From the NCBI GenBank assembly GCA_012799605.1, contig JAAZKX010000003.1:4552-68551 (forward strand): 64,000 nucleotides of DNA, in the 5' to 3' direction. A program made the translations under genes and the position numbers. Source of the DNA: Bacillota bacterium (lineage in GTDB: Bacteria > Bacillota > DTU030 > DUMP01). Under the pieces are notes generated by a model. It did not search any database and was not told the DNA's origin. It saw nothing but the letters and a program-made list of their open reading frames with translations. This document shows, one piece after another, positions 8,771-17,800 of this stretch. Within the stretch, counting starts at the first letter, position 1; each line of letters starts with the position of its first letter.

Positions 8771-10183
8771 CTAGCGCAAAAATCTTAGCAACTTGCTATA
8801 AGGATCTTCCTGGGTAGTATAGCGTTGATCAAAACTCTCCAACCCCAGAGTCTTCCAAATGGTACGGTAATTATTCGATATGGTGCCGGCGGCAACCCGG
8901 TACTTGCGGCCCAATTCTTTTTGGGTTACCCCAGAGGTCAGCTCTAACCGGGCCATAGTGTATTCCAGGGCTGCTAACCAAGATTGAATCTTTTTAACCT
9001 CCGGCCTTCCCAGACGGCAAAAATCTGCCCATAGCTGAACCGCATTATCAACCTGAAGTTTAAGATAACCAGCATCGGCCAAATGCCGGCGCAACTCTTC
9101 CGCTATGCGGGCATAAGCCGGCTTGGACCATTTGATAGTCGGCCGGTCTGATTGCAGCTCTTCCGATGGTAAGTTCAGAGCCCGGCGGAGCTTGCTGATA
9201 TCATAATAGACCTCGCCCGCCTGCCGTTTGCGTTCTTCGATAAACTCCAATTCTTTTAGCAGCTCGCGTACTTGCCTCCGCCCAGCCGGGCTTTGACAAT
9301 GGTGACGCGGGGTTAAGCCCCGAAGTGCCGGGTGGGGCGTATCCGGCCACTGGCAATAATATTCTTCGTAATATTGACGCAGCAGTTTGCCCTTGGTTTC
9401 CGGCATCAGCCTCAGTTCAGCTCGGGACCCATCGTTGTCATTGCGGTTCAGTTCCTCGTGGATCAGCAGTTCCTCTTGCCCCGCTGCAAACAGACGGGCA
9501 ACCGTCATATTCAATAAATATCCCCGCTCTTTTAGGTACGCAGGCCAACCGCCTTTTTTTCCCCCCCGCTGCCAGCGGCGAAAATCCGTTTGGGTCTGCC
9601 GTAAAATATCATGTTTAAACATGGGAGGGACCTCCAGTGCCGCCCCAGACGGCTGATAAACATCCCCAATCGGCAACAAGCGGCAAAGGAGGGTTGACCA
9701 CACGGTAACTCCGGCAGCCATGTTGGCATCAGTAATCCAAATCCTTCGCCCAGTGAAAAGATCTTCTACCCCTAAACCGTCTTCTTTGACTGAATAGACC
9801 TCATATAACGAGATGGTAGTGTCGATCCATTGTCCTAACATCGCTTGCTCCAATGGTCCCAGATGCTGGTTATTTTCATTCAAAAAAAGTTCGATCAACC
9901 GGCCTCCGCCCGGGGACAAGGAATAATCATAAATAAACCATTCAATGAAAGAAATAAATGCTGCTTCTTCTTCCGGATCCAGAATCTCCAGCGCATCTTT
10001 AGAAAAGAAAGCGTGAAAAGCAGTATCTAAGTTAGTAGAAAAGTAGCCGTCTTCAGCATAGCCCACCAGCGAATCGTGCAAATACTGCGCAACCTGTTCT
10101 AATTTAGGTTGCAGAAAGTCATATATCACCGCTGTAGGCTCAGCTGTCAGATCGCCATTTGGTTGCGTCCGATCGTTCTTCAT
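8771..10183 (-). CDS. Uncharacterised 470-aa protein with C-terminal helix-turn-helix, directly upstream of recD2
   Basis: Long ORF with coding-like composition, ending 14 nt before the recD2 start. C-terminal HTH-like segment TQKELGRKYRVAAGTISNNYRTIW. No family recognised. Confidence 0.6.
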   Translation of the reverse strand: MKNDRTQPNGDLTAEPTAVIYDFLQPKLEQVAQYLHDSLVGYAEDGYFSTNLDTAFHAFFSKDALEILDPEEEAAFISFIEWFIYDYSLSPGGGRLIELFLNENNQHLGPLEQAMLGQWIDTTISLYEVYSVKEDGLGVEDLFTGRRIWITDANMAAGVTVWSTLLCRLLPIGDVYQPSGAALEVPPMFKHDILRQTQTDFRRWQRGGKKGGWPAYLKERGYLLNMTVARLFAAGQEELLIHEELNRNDNDGSRAELRLMPETKGKLLRQYYEEYYCQWPDTPHPALRGLTPRHHCQSPAGRRQVRELLKELEFIEERKRQAGEVYYDISKLRRALNLPSEELQSDRPTIKWSKPAYARIAEELRRHLADAGYLKLQVDNAVQLWADFCRLGRPEVKKIQSWLAALEYTMARLELTSGVTQKELGRKYRVAAGTISNNYRTIWKTLGLESFDQRYTTQEDPYSKLLRFLR

Positions 10184-10315
10184 GGTATCTCTCCTTTACC
10201 CACCGGAACCAAACCTGGGGCCAAATTCCTGTTTCTTTGCCTGCTCGATGTTTACTCTAGCATATTATAATACTACATAGTTCTCCAATTGCAACAACTA
10301 ATCCTGCCTCGGTAG

Positions 10316-10804
10316 CTATTCGGGCTGGTCGATAAGCGCAAAAGTAAATTCGCCTTCGGCTACTAATTCTGAACCCACAAAAGCCTGCCCTCGCCCTTTG
10401 CCAATATGTCCCCGCCTTTTATGCAACGTGGCTTCCAAGCGGAGCTGATCTCCTGGCACAACCGGCCGGCGGAAACGGCATTTATCGATGCCTGCAAAGT
10501 AAGCTATTTTTCCCAGTGAGTCTGCGGTGCAAAGCAGGGCAACCGCTCCCGTTTGGGCTAAGGCTTCGATAATGAGCACCCCCGGCATCACCGGTTGCCC
10601 GGGAAAATGACCGGGGAAAAAAGGTTCATTGCCGCTAACGTTTTTCAAGCCCACCGCTTTTTCTCCCGGCTCCAGTTCCACTATCTTATCAACTAGTAAA
10701 AACGGATAGCGGTGCGGTAATATTTTCATGATTGCTGTTTGATCCATCGTTATGGAACCCGCCTCCTTATACTGTACTTTGCCATTCACCTTCTCATTCG
10801 CCAA
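10316..10804 (-). CDS. fabZ: 3-hydroxyacyl-ACP dehydratase FabZ
   Basis: [14 protein letters not shown] and [20 protein letters not shown] motifs. The ORF-track start is TTG at 10804. An internal ATG at 10747 with upstream AAGGAGG gives the canonical-length protein and may be the true start. Confidence 0.9.
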   Translation of the reverse strand: MANEKVNGKVQYKEAGSITMDQTAIMKILPHRYPFLLVDKIVELEPGEKAVGLKNVSGNEPFFPGHFPGQPVMPGVLIIEALAQTGAVALLCTADSLGKIAYFAGIDKCRFRRPVVPGDQLRLEATLHKRRGHIGKGRGQAFVGSELVAEGEFTFALIDQPE

Positions 10805-10896
10805 AGTTGTGTTGTCTCCTGCTCCAAATTAAAGCAGCAGGACCAGTTGTTGACTAGACCTGCTAGCTTTATTAAGTCAAGCTTTCACGGCTTCGG

Positions 10897-11937
10897 CTAC
10901 AGAATCGCAACTTTATTATGGGCGCCGGGGTTTGCTTGATTACAGCCCGATAGCACCCCCGGTCGCTGCAGGCGAGCCGTGTAAGACTGCACTTGATCCC
11001 AGTTAAGGCAATGATGTGGCCGTTGGCCGGCCAAAGCAGCTGCAACCTGCCTGGCCACCTCCGTCGCCACTTGGGCCTGCGCTTCTTCAGTTGAAGCTCC
11101 CAAGTGGGGAGTGATAATAACGTTCTCCAACTCAAATAACGGGCTGTCCGTACAGGGCTCTTCAGCCAATACATCCAAAGCAGCACCAGCTACCTGCCCG
11201 GTTGTTAAAGCTGAGATCAGGGCTTCTTCAACAATTAACCCCCCGCGGGCTGTATTAATAATCCGGATGCCTGGTTTCATCATTGCCAGCGTTTCGTGGT
11301 TTATAAATCCGCGGGTTTCCGCGCTGAGCGGCAAGTGCAAGGTCAGAAAATCCGACTGGGCAAATACCTCCCGGCTATCAGCCAACACCACCCCCGCAAT
11401 TACATTGTCGGGGTTTAGATAAGGATCATACCCTAGTACCCGCATGCCGAGCGACTGGGCGCGCAGGGCAACAGCCGACCCTACCCGCCCTAAGCCCAAA
11501 ATGCCGAGCGTCTTTCCCATCAGCTCCACTCCTCGAAATTGCGCCCGCTCCCAGCGCCCCTGTCGCAAAGTAGAGCTGGCTTGGGGAATATTACGCGCCA
11601 AGGCAAGCATCAATCCCAAAGCATGTTCAGCTGCAGCAATAGTATTTCCGGTCGGCGCATTAACTACCAGCACACCCTGCCGGGTAGCAGCATCGACATC
11701 GATATTGTCGGTACCTACCCCTGCCCGGCCCACCACTTGCAGTTCCGGGCAAGCTGCAATAAGTCCGGCGGTTACATCAGTGGCTGAGCGTACGATCAGA
11801 GCCTGACAGCCGGCACAGGCAGCTATCAGAGCTGGTAGGTCCAATTTTTTACTAAAAGCCTGTATTTTATGCCCCGCGCGGGCCAACGTTCGCCCTGCTT
11901 CGGGGGCAACATTGTCGACAATCACAACCTGAGCCAT
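10897..11937 (-). CDS. D-isomer-specific 2-hydroxyacid dehydrogenase (short 3-phosphoglycerate dehydrogenase-like, no ACT/ASB domains)
   Basis: 346 aa. Rossmann motif GILGLGRVGSAV plus catalytic-region blocks (NTARGGLIVEEAL, ITPHLGAST). Starts 2 nt after the upstream aminotransferase gene. Confidence 0.8.
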   Translation of the reverse strand: MAQVVIVDNVAPEAGRTLARAGHKIQAFSKKLDLPALIAACAGCQALIVRSATDVTAGLIAACPELQVVGRAGVGTDNIDVDAATRQGVLVVNAPTGNTIAAAEHALGLMLALARNIPQASSTLRQGRWERAQFRGVELMGKTLGILGLGRVGSAVALRAQSLGMRVLGYDPYLNPDNVIAGVVLADSREVFAQSDFLTLHLPLSAETRGFINHETLAMMKPGIRIINTARGGLIVEEALISALTTGQVAGAALDVLAEEPCTDSPLFELENVIITPHLGASTEEAQAQVATEVARQVAAALAGQRPHHCLNWDQVQSYTARLQRPGVLSGCNQANPGAHNKVAIL

Positions 11938-11938
11938 G

Positions 11939-13084
11939 CTAACCCTCCTGGTAAATTAGTTTTTGGGCCTGAGCCACCCCAGCCCCTAAATGCACCGGGT
12001 AGCCTTGCCGCTTTAGCCCCAACTCTAAAACCGCCAGGGAGCCTAAAATCTCAAGTTCATCCACATATCCCATATGGCCCATACGTATAACTGAATCCGA
12101 TAATTCCCCTTTCCCACCGGCTAGGCATAAACCAAAGTCACGTTCGAGCGTTGCCCTCAATTCATCCGCCCGCCCATTTTGAACATACGCTGCTGTCACT
12201 GTGTTTGAGGCCCATTCATCTTCAGCCACCAGCTTCAAGCCCATAGCCGTCAAACCGGCCCTGACAGCCCGAGCCCAACGGCCGTGGCGGGCCCACACCT
12301 GCTCCAGCCCTTCCGCCAGCAGCTGATCTAAAGCAGCCTCAAGGCCGAACAGCAGACTAACATTGGGTGTCCAGGGCGAGAATCCTTGAGCCCCACTTTG
12401 TTGCCAAGCCTCGAGATTGAAATAGAAAGAACGCGGCCTTACTGTCTCTATCTGGGCCCATCCCTTAGCGCTTACGCTCAGAAAAGCCAAGCCCGGCGGT
12501 AGCATAAACGCTTTTTGCGAACCGGTTATCATAAAATCCACACCCCAGTCATCAGTGCGAATATCCATGGCTCCCATACTGCTGATAGCATCTACTAGCA
12601 GGAGGACTGGCGTGTTTTTGACCAGAGCACCGATAGAGGCCACATCGTTCACAACCCCGGTCGAGGTTTCATTGTGGGTAAGCAAAATCGCCTTGGGCTG
12701 TGGACCCTGCACCAGCCGTTCGGTTACTTTTTTTACATCTACCGGCTTACCCCAGGGAAACTCCAGCGCCTCCACCTCGGCCCCGCACTGGCGGGCAATA
12801 GCAGCAAAACGCTGGCCGAACTGACCGGTAATCAAGGCCAAAACCTTATCCCCTGGATTTAGGCTGTTGGTGACGGCTGCCTCCAGGGCCCCAGTACCAG
12901 AACTGGTAAAAATAAAAAGGTCGTTTTCAGTCTGAAAGACCTGTTTTGTTTTCTTCACCAACGATCGTTGCAAAGAAGCGAACTCGCAACTTCGATGCCC
13001 GATCAAAGGCCGAACCATGGCCGCCCTTACTGCCGGCGGAACCGGCGTCGGCCCCGGAATAAACAAGTGTTGTTTTCTCTGCAT
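11939..13084 (-). CDS. Class V (AGXT/serine-pyruvate type) PLP aminotransferase, probable phosphoserine/serine aminotransferase
   Basis: Start chosen at ATG 13084 (MQRKQHLFIPGPTPVP) with GGGGAG RBS 8 nt upstream. The ORF-track N-terminal extension runs through the T-box terminator. Contains the GSQKAF PLP-lysine block. Confidence 0.85.
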   Translation of the reverse strand: MQRKQHLFIPGPTPVPPAVRAAMVRPLIGHRSCEFASLQRSLVKKTKQVFQTENDLFIFTSSGTGALEAAVTNSLNPGDKVLALITGQFGQRFAAIARQCGAEVEALEFPWGKPVDVKKVTERLVQGPQPKAILLTHNETSTGVVNDVASIGALVKNTPVLLLVDAISSMGAMDIRTDDWGVDFMITGSQKAFMLPPGLAFLSVSAKGWAQIETVRPRSFYFNLEAWQQSGAQGFSPWTPNVSLLFGLEAALDQLLAEGLEQVWARHGRWARAVRAGLTAMGLKLVAEDEWASNTVTAAYVQNGRADELRATLERDFGLCLAGGKGELSDSVIRMGHMGYVDELEILGSLAVLELGLKRQGYPVHLGAGVAQAQKLIYQEG

Positions 13085-13104
13085 ATGACATCTCCCCTTC
13101 GCAG

Positions 13105-13365
13105 ATAAAAAATAAAGCCCCCCGCCCCCAACAAGGGGCGAGAGGCATTTTCCCGCGGTGCCACCCAAATTAGTATAAGTCCAAAAAACTTATACCCACT
13201 TATGATATGCTAACGGGTATCAACCGTACCAGCCTACTTGTCTTTAACTTCGGCCGTCTGCTTTGGGATGGATTCCAAGAACAGCCCTGCCGGCTCACAC
13301 CTGCCGCCGGCTCTCTGAACAGAGCACATTCTCGTACTTGTTCCCAGCATCGCTTTTGATATTGC
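13105..13365 (-). promoter_or_regulatory. T-box riboswitch leader, specifier UCC (Ser), with intrinsic terminator
   Basis: Minus strand shows a K-turn-like GATG...AAGTA, AGAGAG bay, distal-loop GGTGTGA and specifier loop GGAA-UCC-A (13270-13272). It also shows F-box CCGTTA and T-box AATTTGGGTGGCACCGCGGGA (13151-13172). A 12-bp GC-rich terminator stem (13117-13146) and UUUAUUUUUU follow. Confidence 0.85.
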
Positions 13366-13370
13366 CTTAT

Positions 13371-13399
13371 AGTATATCTTAACACCAGACTAAAAGCAA
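13371..13399 (-). promoter_or_regulatory. Sigma-A-type promoter for the T-box leader
   Basis: Minus strand TTGCTT (13399-13394), 17-nt spacer, TATACT (13376-13371). Confidence 0.6.
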
Positions 13400-13420
13400 G
13401 CGGTTAGGTTCAACCCTTTT

Positions 13421-13702
13421 TTAGCCTTCCCGATTGGATCTGGCCAGCTGTTGGAACATAATTTGGGCCAGACTGCCTTCGGAACGGGCAATCACCCGGG
13501 CATATTCTGTATCCAACATGCTTTTAAATATCCTTTCACCGGCACTTTCCGGAAACAAGCCGCCTTCAGGTACAGTTTGCCTTAGCCCGGCGAAAACTTG
13601 GCCCCAAAAAATGGCCGAAAACTCCTCGCAAGCCACCTTCAAAGCCTGTCGGTCGTCCTTTAGCCCCGGGTTAGGCCCACTTCCAATTCTAATACCAGTC
13701 AT
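13421..13702 (-). CDS. Rod-binding protein (FlgJ N-terminal-domain-like, no muramidase domain)
   Basis: 93 aa, immediately downstream of the rod genes. Pattern FKSMLDTEYARVIARSEGSLAQIMFQQL resembles the Rod_binding domain. Confidence 0.65.
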   Translation of the reverse strand: MTGIRIGSGPNPGLKDDRQALKVACEEFSAIFWGQVFAGLRQTVPEGGLFPESAGERIFKSMLDTEYARVIARSEGSLAQIMFQQLARSNREG

Positions 13703-13756
13703 GTGTTATCCCTTTCTTGTACAGACTGGGGCCAGTTTTATTAACCCAGCCTGTGA

Positions 13757-14536
13757 TTAGCGCCTTAGATTATTTGCCACGCCCAACATTTCATCGGCCG
13801 TCGTAATAGCCTTGGCATTGATCTCATAGGCCCGCTGCGCCGTAATCAAGTTCACCATCTCTTCCACCACTTGCACATTAGACAGTTCCAGATAACCTGC
13901 GGCCAGATTGCCGCAATCCTCGCCGGGAATAAGGCCGTCTTCCACCGGGCCGGCAGCATCGGTAGCCAGAAATAAATTGCGGCCGATTGCCTGCAGTCCG
14001 GCCGGGTTTGGAAATATCGCCAAAGTAATCTGATCCCCGGTTACAGTGTCGCCGGCTATCTCATAACTTATCGTCCCATCTGAGGCAATAGCAATATTTT
14101 TAGCTTCAGGGGGTATATTGATGCCCGGCATAATATAATACCCGTCTGTAGTGACCAGATCGCCGTCGGCATCGATTTTGAAAGAGCCGTCGCGGGTGTA
14201 GGCTTCCTCACCGCTTGGTAGCTCTACCGCGAAGAAACCGTCACCTTCAATGGCTACATCCAAGGGATTTTGCGTCGGTTGTAAATTGCCGGTACTAAAA
14301 ATTCTCAGTGTCGCCGCCGGTCGCACCCCGTGTCCTACAGTTAATCCACTGGGCACATAGCCTCCGTCAGCAGTAGGCACAGCGCCTTGAATAGTCTCAT
14401 AAAGCAGATCCTGAAATTCTGTCCTGCTTTTCTTAAAGCCATTCGTATTTACATTGGACAAATTGTTGGATATGACATCGATATTCAGCTGCTGGGCCAT
14501 CATCCCAGAGCTGGCCGACCACAGGGCCCGCATCAT
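13757..14536 (-). CDS. flgG: Flagellar basal-body rod protein FlgG (FlhP-type)
   Basis: 259 aa. N-terminal [34 protein letters not shown] and C-terminal [27 protein letters not shown] signatures. Confidence 0.9.
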   Translation of the reverse strand: MMRALWSASSGMMAQQLNIDVISNNLSNVNTNGFKKSRTEFQDLLYETIQGAVPTADGGYVPSGLTVGHGVRPAATLRIFSTGNLQPTQNPLDVAIEGDGFFAVELPSGEEAYTRDGSFKIDADGDLVTTDGYYIMPGINIPPEAKNIAIASDGTISYEIAGDTVTGDQITLAIFPNPAGLQAIGRNLFLATDAAGPVEDGLIPGEDCGNLAAGYLELSNVQVVEEMVNLITAQRAYEINAKAITTADEMLGVANNLRR

Positions 14537-14624
14537 AGTTTTTCTCTCCTTTTCACCAAATTCGGCTGAACCGCGTCTGTCGGTCAGCGGTTCCGGGCCT
14601 CTGCTACGCAGTCCGGCCCCTGTA

Positions 14625-15347
14625 TTAGACCCTACCTACCTCATTAATGAGCTTGTCCAGAGTCTGATCCTGGGTCTGGATAGCTTTCTGTCCCGCCTCG
14701 TATGTACGCATGGCGGTTATCAGATCCACCATCGCTTCAACCGGGGAAACATTAGCCTCTTCCAATACGCCTTGAAGCACCGTGGTTTCAATCAAGGCCA
14801 ACGGCTCAGGTGAGACAAATAAATTGTGGCCAATTTTATTCATTTGCTGACCCGCAGGCGCCCCGGCTACTCTTAAACTGGCTGCAATGTCAGGATCATC
14901 CGCCCGGACAATGCCTCCGCCCCGGGACAGAACCGGAAACCCCTCGCTCGTTGTCAGCTCGCCCCAACCGTTAACCTGAAAGGCGCCGTCTCGGGTATAT
15001 CTTTCCCCGGCTGGTGTATCTACCACAAAGTAGCCCTCGCCTTGGAGAGCAAAATCAAGTTCGCGACCAGTGTGGCGATATTGGCCACCCCGGTTCAAAA
15101 ATGTTACTTCGGCCACCGCTGTTCCGGTGCCCAAATAGCCGACTGGCTGCGGCCGGGAAGATGAAAAAGACATTTTCGCCACAGCGTCATGGAAACGGTG
15201 AATAAACATGCTCGGCAATGCCGCTGTAACAGCCGCGTCAGCCCTGTAACCTGCAGTAGAAGCATTGGCCAAATTGTTGGCTGCCACATCAAGGCGCGTC
15301 TGTTGAGCCACCATGCCTGCGCCTGACGTATAAAGTCCTCTAATCAA
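14625..15347 (-). CDS. Flagellar basal-body rod protein (FlgF/FlhO-type)
   Basis: 240 aa. N-terminal [35 protein letters not shown] and C-terminal [28 protein letters not shown]. Confidence 0.85.
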   Translation of the reverse strand: MIRGLYTSGAGMVAQQTRLDVAANNLANASTAGYRADAAVTAALPSMFIHRFHDAVAKMSFSSSRPQPVGYLGTGTAVAEVTFLNRGGQYRHTGRELDFALQGEGYFVVDTPAGERYTRDGAFQVNGWGELTTSEGFPVLSRGGGIVRADDPDIAASLRVAGAPAGQQMNKIGHNLFVSPEPLALIETTVLQGVLEEANVSPVEAMVDLITAMRTYEAGQKAIQTQDQTLDKLINEVGRV

Positions 15348-15349
15348 TT

Positions 15350-16390
15350 TTATCGCCTCCTTTCTGCTCTTAAAATAGCTTCGAACACCAGCGGAGGTTT
15401 TCCTTTTAGCTTGTCCAAGTATTCCAAGGCTTTACCCGTGCCTAAAGCCACCGCGGTAAGGGCTTGTTCAGACACATACACCGGTATCCCCAACTCTTGG
15501 CTAAAAAGCGTATCTAGCCCCTGAACCAGCGCTCCCCCTCCGGTCAATACTGCTCCTTTATCGATAATGTCCGATGATAGTTCTGGCGGTACCCGCTCCA
15601 GCACTTCTTTGACGCATTGTAGGATGGCTTGTACCGGTTCTGACATAGCTGCCAAAGTTTCTTCCGACGTAAGGCGGATGGTTTTGGGCAATCCGGTCAA
15701 CATATCCCGCCCGCGGACATCGATTTCTTTATTTTCCGCCGGAGGATATACTGTACCGATTGTTTTTTTGATTTCTTCAGCCGTGCGTTCCCCAATTAAA
15801 ATATTATAATTGCGGCGGACATACCGCACAATAGCATCGTCAAAATTATCGCCAGCTACCCTTAGCGATTCACTGAGCACTATCCCGCCCAAAGACAGAA
15901 CAGCTACATCAGTAGTGCCACCCCCAACATCGATCACCATATTACCGCTGGGTTCAGCGATTTCTAGTCCTGCCCCCAAAGCTGCTGCCATTGGTTCCTC
16001 AATCAAGTAAGTGCTGCGGGCACCGGCTTGCCCGGCCGCTTCCAATACCGCCCGTTTTTCAACGGTGGTCACTACAGCCGGGATACAGACCATGATCCGC
16101 GGGCGAAAAAACAATCTCCGCCGGCAGGCTTTCTCGATGAAGAACTTTAACATTTTTTCGGTTATGTCGTAATTAGCAATAACCCCATCGCGTAAAGGCC
16201 GGATAGCCACGATATTTCCCGGGGTCCGGCCCAACATCCGCCAGGCTTCGGCCCCCACAGCAAGAAGTTCGCCACTGTCCCGATCGATAGCCACTACTGC
16301 CGGCTCTTGTAGAACAATTCCTTTTCCGCGTACGTATATAATTAATGATGCCGTTCCCAAATCGATGCCTATGTCTCCCCCCAAAAACAT
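15350..16390 (-). CDS. mbl: Rod-shape-determining actin homologue MreB/Mbl
   Basis: Start chosen at ATG 16390 (MFLGGDIGIDLGTA) with AAAGGGG RBS. Actin-fold phosphate motifs DLGTA and DVGGGTTD. The spoIIID-mbl-rod gene order matches B. subtilis. Confidence 0.9.
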   Translation of the reverse strand: MFLGGDIGIDLGTASLIIYVRGKGIVLQEPAVVAIDRDSGELLAVGAEAWRMLGRTPGNIVAIRPLRDGVIANYDITEKMLKFFIEKACRRRLFFRPRIMVCIPAVVTTVEKRAVLEAAGQAGARSTYLIEEPMAAALGAGLEIAEPSGNMVIDVGGGTTDVAVLSLGGIVLSESLRVAGDNFDDAIVRYVRRNYNILIGERTAEEIKKTIGTVYPPAENKEIDVRGRDMLTGLPKTIRLTSEETLAAMSEPVQAILQCVKEVLERVPPELSSDIIDKGAVLTGGGALVQGLDTLFSQELGIPVYVSEQALTAVALGTGKALEYLDKLKGKPPLVFEAILRAERRR

Positions 16391-16474
16391 CCGGTTAGCC
16401 CCTTTCGCCGAACGCTCCTTTCTCTCAGATTCTTTAATTCTACACTCTTCCACATATATCCTCTTTAATAAAAA

Positions 16475-16723
16475 CTATATCCCCAAATACTTTTTTCGGG
16501 TCGCTGCTCCGCCACGTAAATGCCGTTCTGCTTTGTTTTGATCCAAAATAGCACGTACTTTTTGCGCTAACTGGGGGTTGATCTTAGGGAGCCGCTCGGC
16601 CATATCTTTATGCACCGTACTTTTGCTCACAGAAAATTCTTGAGCTGCTTGGCGGACAGTAGCCCCGGTGCTGGCAATGTAGTGGCTGATCTCGAGCACC
16701 CGTTCGTAAATATGATCCCGCAC
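16475..16723 (-). CDS. spoIIID: Stage III sporulation transcriptional regulator SpoIIID
   Basis: GTG start at 16723 preceded by AAGGGGGA. VRDHIYERVLEISHYI...VSKSTVHKDMAERLPKINP...AERHLRGGAATRKKY is collinear with B. subtilis SpoIIID. The ORF-track upstream extension was rejected. Confidence 0.9.
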   Translation of the reverse strand: MRDHIYERVLEISHYIASTGATVRQAAQEFSVSKSTVHKDMAERLPKINPQLAQKVRAILDQNKAERHLRGGAATRKKYLGI

Positions 16724-16893
16724 GCTCGTTCCCCCTTTACCTTGGCTGCAATAAATGTATATGCCCAGGGAACTAAAAAATGCCCGGAGACCAGCCAGCA
16801 CCATAGTTCTTGCTCGTTTCCATTAAAATAAGGGCGGGTTGCACCCCGTTAAACAACGTTTTGCAACTCGCCCCCAGATTTTAATTTCGCAGC

Positions 16894-17730
16894 TTATTCT
16901 TGTGCCTGAACCGGCATTGCCTCCCCAAAAGTAGGCAAATATAACTCAGGATCTAAAGCTGTACCTGCCAATCTGAGCTCCAGATGCAGCTGAGGTTCAC
17001 AGGCAATACCGGATTTACCGACAGTAGCAATTACCTGATGTTGCTCCACCGCATGTCCTGGTTCAACTCTGGTCTCGTCTAAGTAACCATAAATGCTGCA
17101 TTGCTCGGCCCCATGGTCGATGATCAGCATCTTCCCCCATTCGTTATCTTCTTTAATAGCAGTTACCGTGCCAGGTAGTACTGCTTTTACTTCTGTTCCC
17201 AACGCAACCTTGAAATTAACCCCGGGATGATAACGCCAATCGTTATACACCGGATGCTTTTGCCAGCCAAATGGTAGCGCAATCTCTGCCGTCACCGGGT
17301 TGACCAGATCAGCAAATGCTTGGCTCGAGGTCATCGTCGGCAACAAGGTTTCCTCCGGCAGCGGGCCGGGATCAGCAGCGGCCGGCTCAGGTTGGGCGAC
17401 TGGCTGAATCGGTGTTACCTCTTGCTGTTGTGGCTCCGGTTCGGCTATGGTAGCTTCCTGAGCAGAAGGAATCTCCAACGGGATGGTTTCTTCCGGTTCG
17501 ACTGCAACCGGGGACTCGGACCAGTAAAAATCGGAACCTGCGCCTGGGCGGGCAGGACGAGTCCAGTCAGTCGCCAAGTAAAAAAACCCGCCTCCAGCAG
17601 CAACCAGCATAAGCCCTACTGAAGCCCATACAAGCCAGCGCTTTCCAAACCAAAGACGAAATGAATGAAGCCGGCGGCCTGCGCCTTCTTTTAGTAGTTG
17701 AATCCACTCGCTTAATCCTTTCTTTTCCAT
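16894..17730 (-). CDS. Membrane-anchored degenerate LytM/M23-domain protein, SpoIIQ-like by position
   Basis: 278 aa with an N-terminal TM (WLVWASVGLMLVAAGGGFFYL) and a Pro/Glu/Gln-rich linker. The C-terminal M23 fold has substituted metal ligands (HPGVN, YGYL, PQLHLE). It sits between spoIID and spoIIID as spoIIQ does in Bacillus. Confidence 0.65.
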   Translation of the reverse strand: MEKKGLSEWIQLLKEGAGRRLHSFRLWFGKRWLVWASVGLMLVAAGGGFFYLATDWTRPARPGAGSDFYWSESPVAVEPEETIPLEIPSAQEATIAEPEPQQQEVTPIQPVAQPEPAAADPGPLPEETLLPTMTSSQAFADLVNPVTAEIALPFGWQKHPVYNDWRYHPGVNFKVALGTEVKAVLPGTVTAIKEDNEWGKMLIIDHGAEQCSIYGYLDETRVEPGHAVEQHQVIATVGKSGIACEPQLHLELRLAGTALDPELYLPTFGEAMPVQAQE

Positions 17731-17800
17731 AATTTCACCCCCACTCTATTGTCTCCTGAGCAGGGGTAACGTATACAAGCCAATGACAGAACGGATTGCC

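Noticed and set aside
13200-13385. 61-aa minus-strand ORF in the gap between the FlgJ-like gene and the aminotransferase gene.
   Set aside because: It falls entirely inside the T-box leader (Stem I to Stem III). It has no RBS, and the region is better explained as structured RNA.
16741-16800. Sigma-E-type promoter upstream of spoIIID (GCATTTT-13 nt-CATATACA), and a similar motif upstream of spoIID near 18860-18900.
   Set aside because: The match to the sigma-E consensus is loose and I cannot score it without a matrix. It is plausible from biology but not supported well enough to list as a feature.
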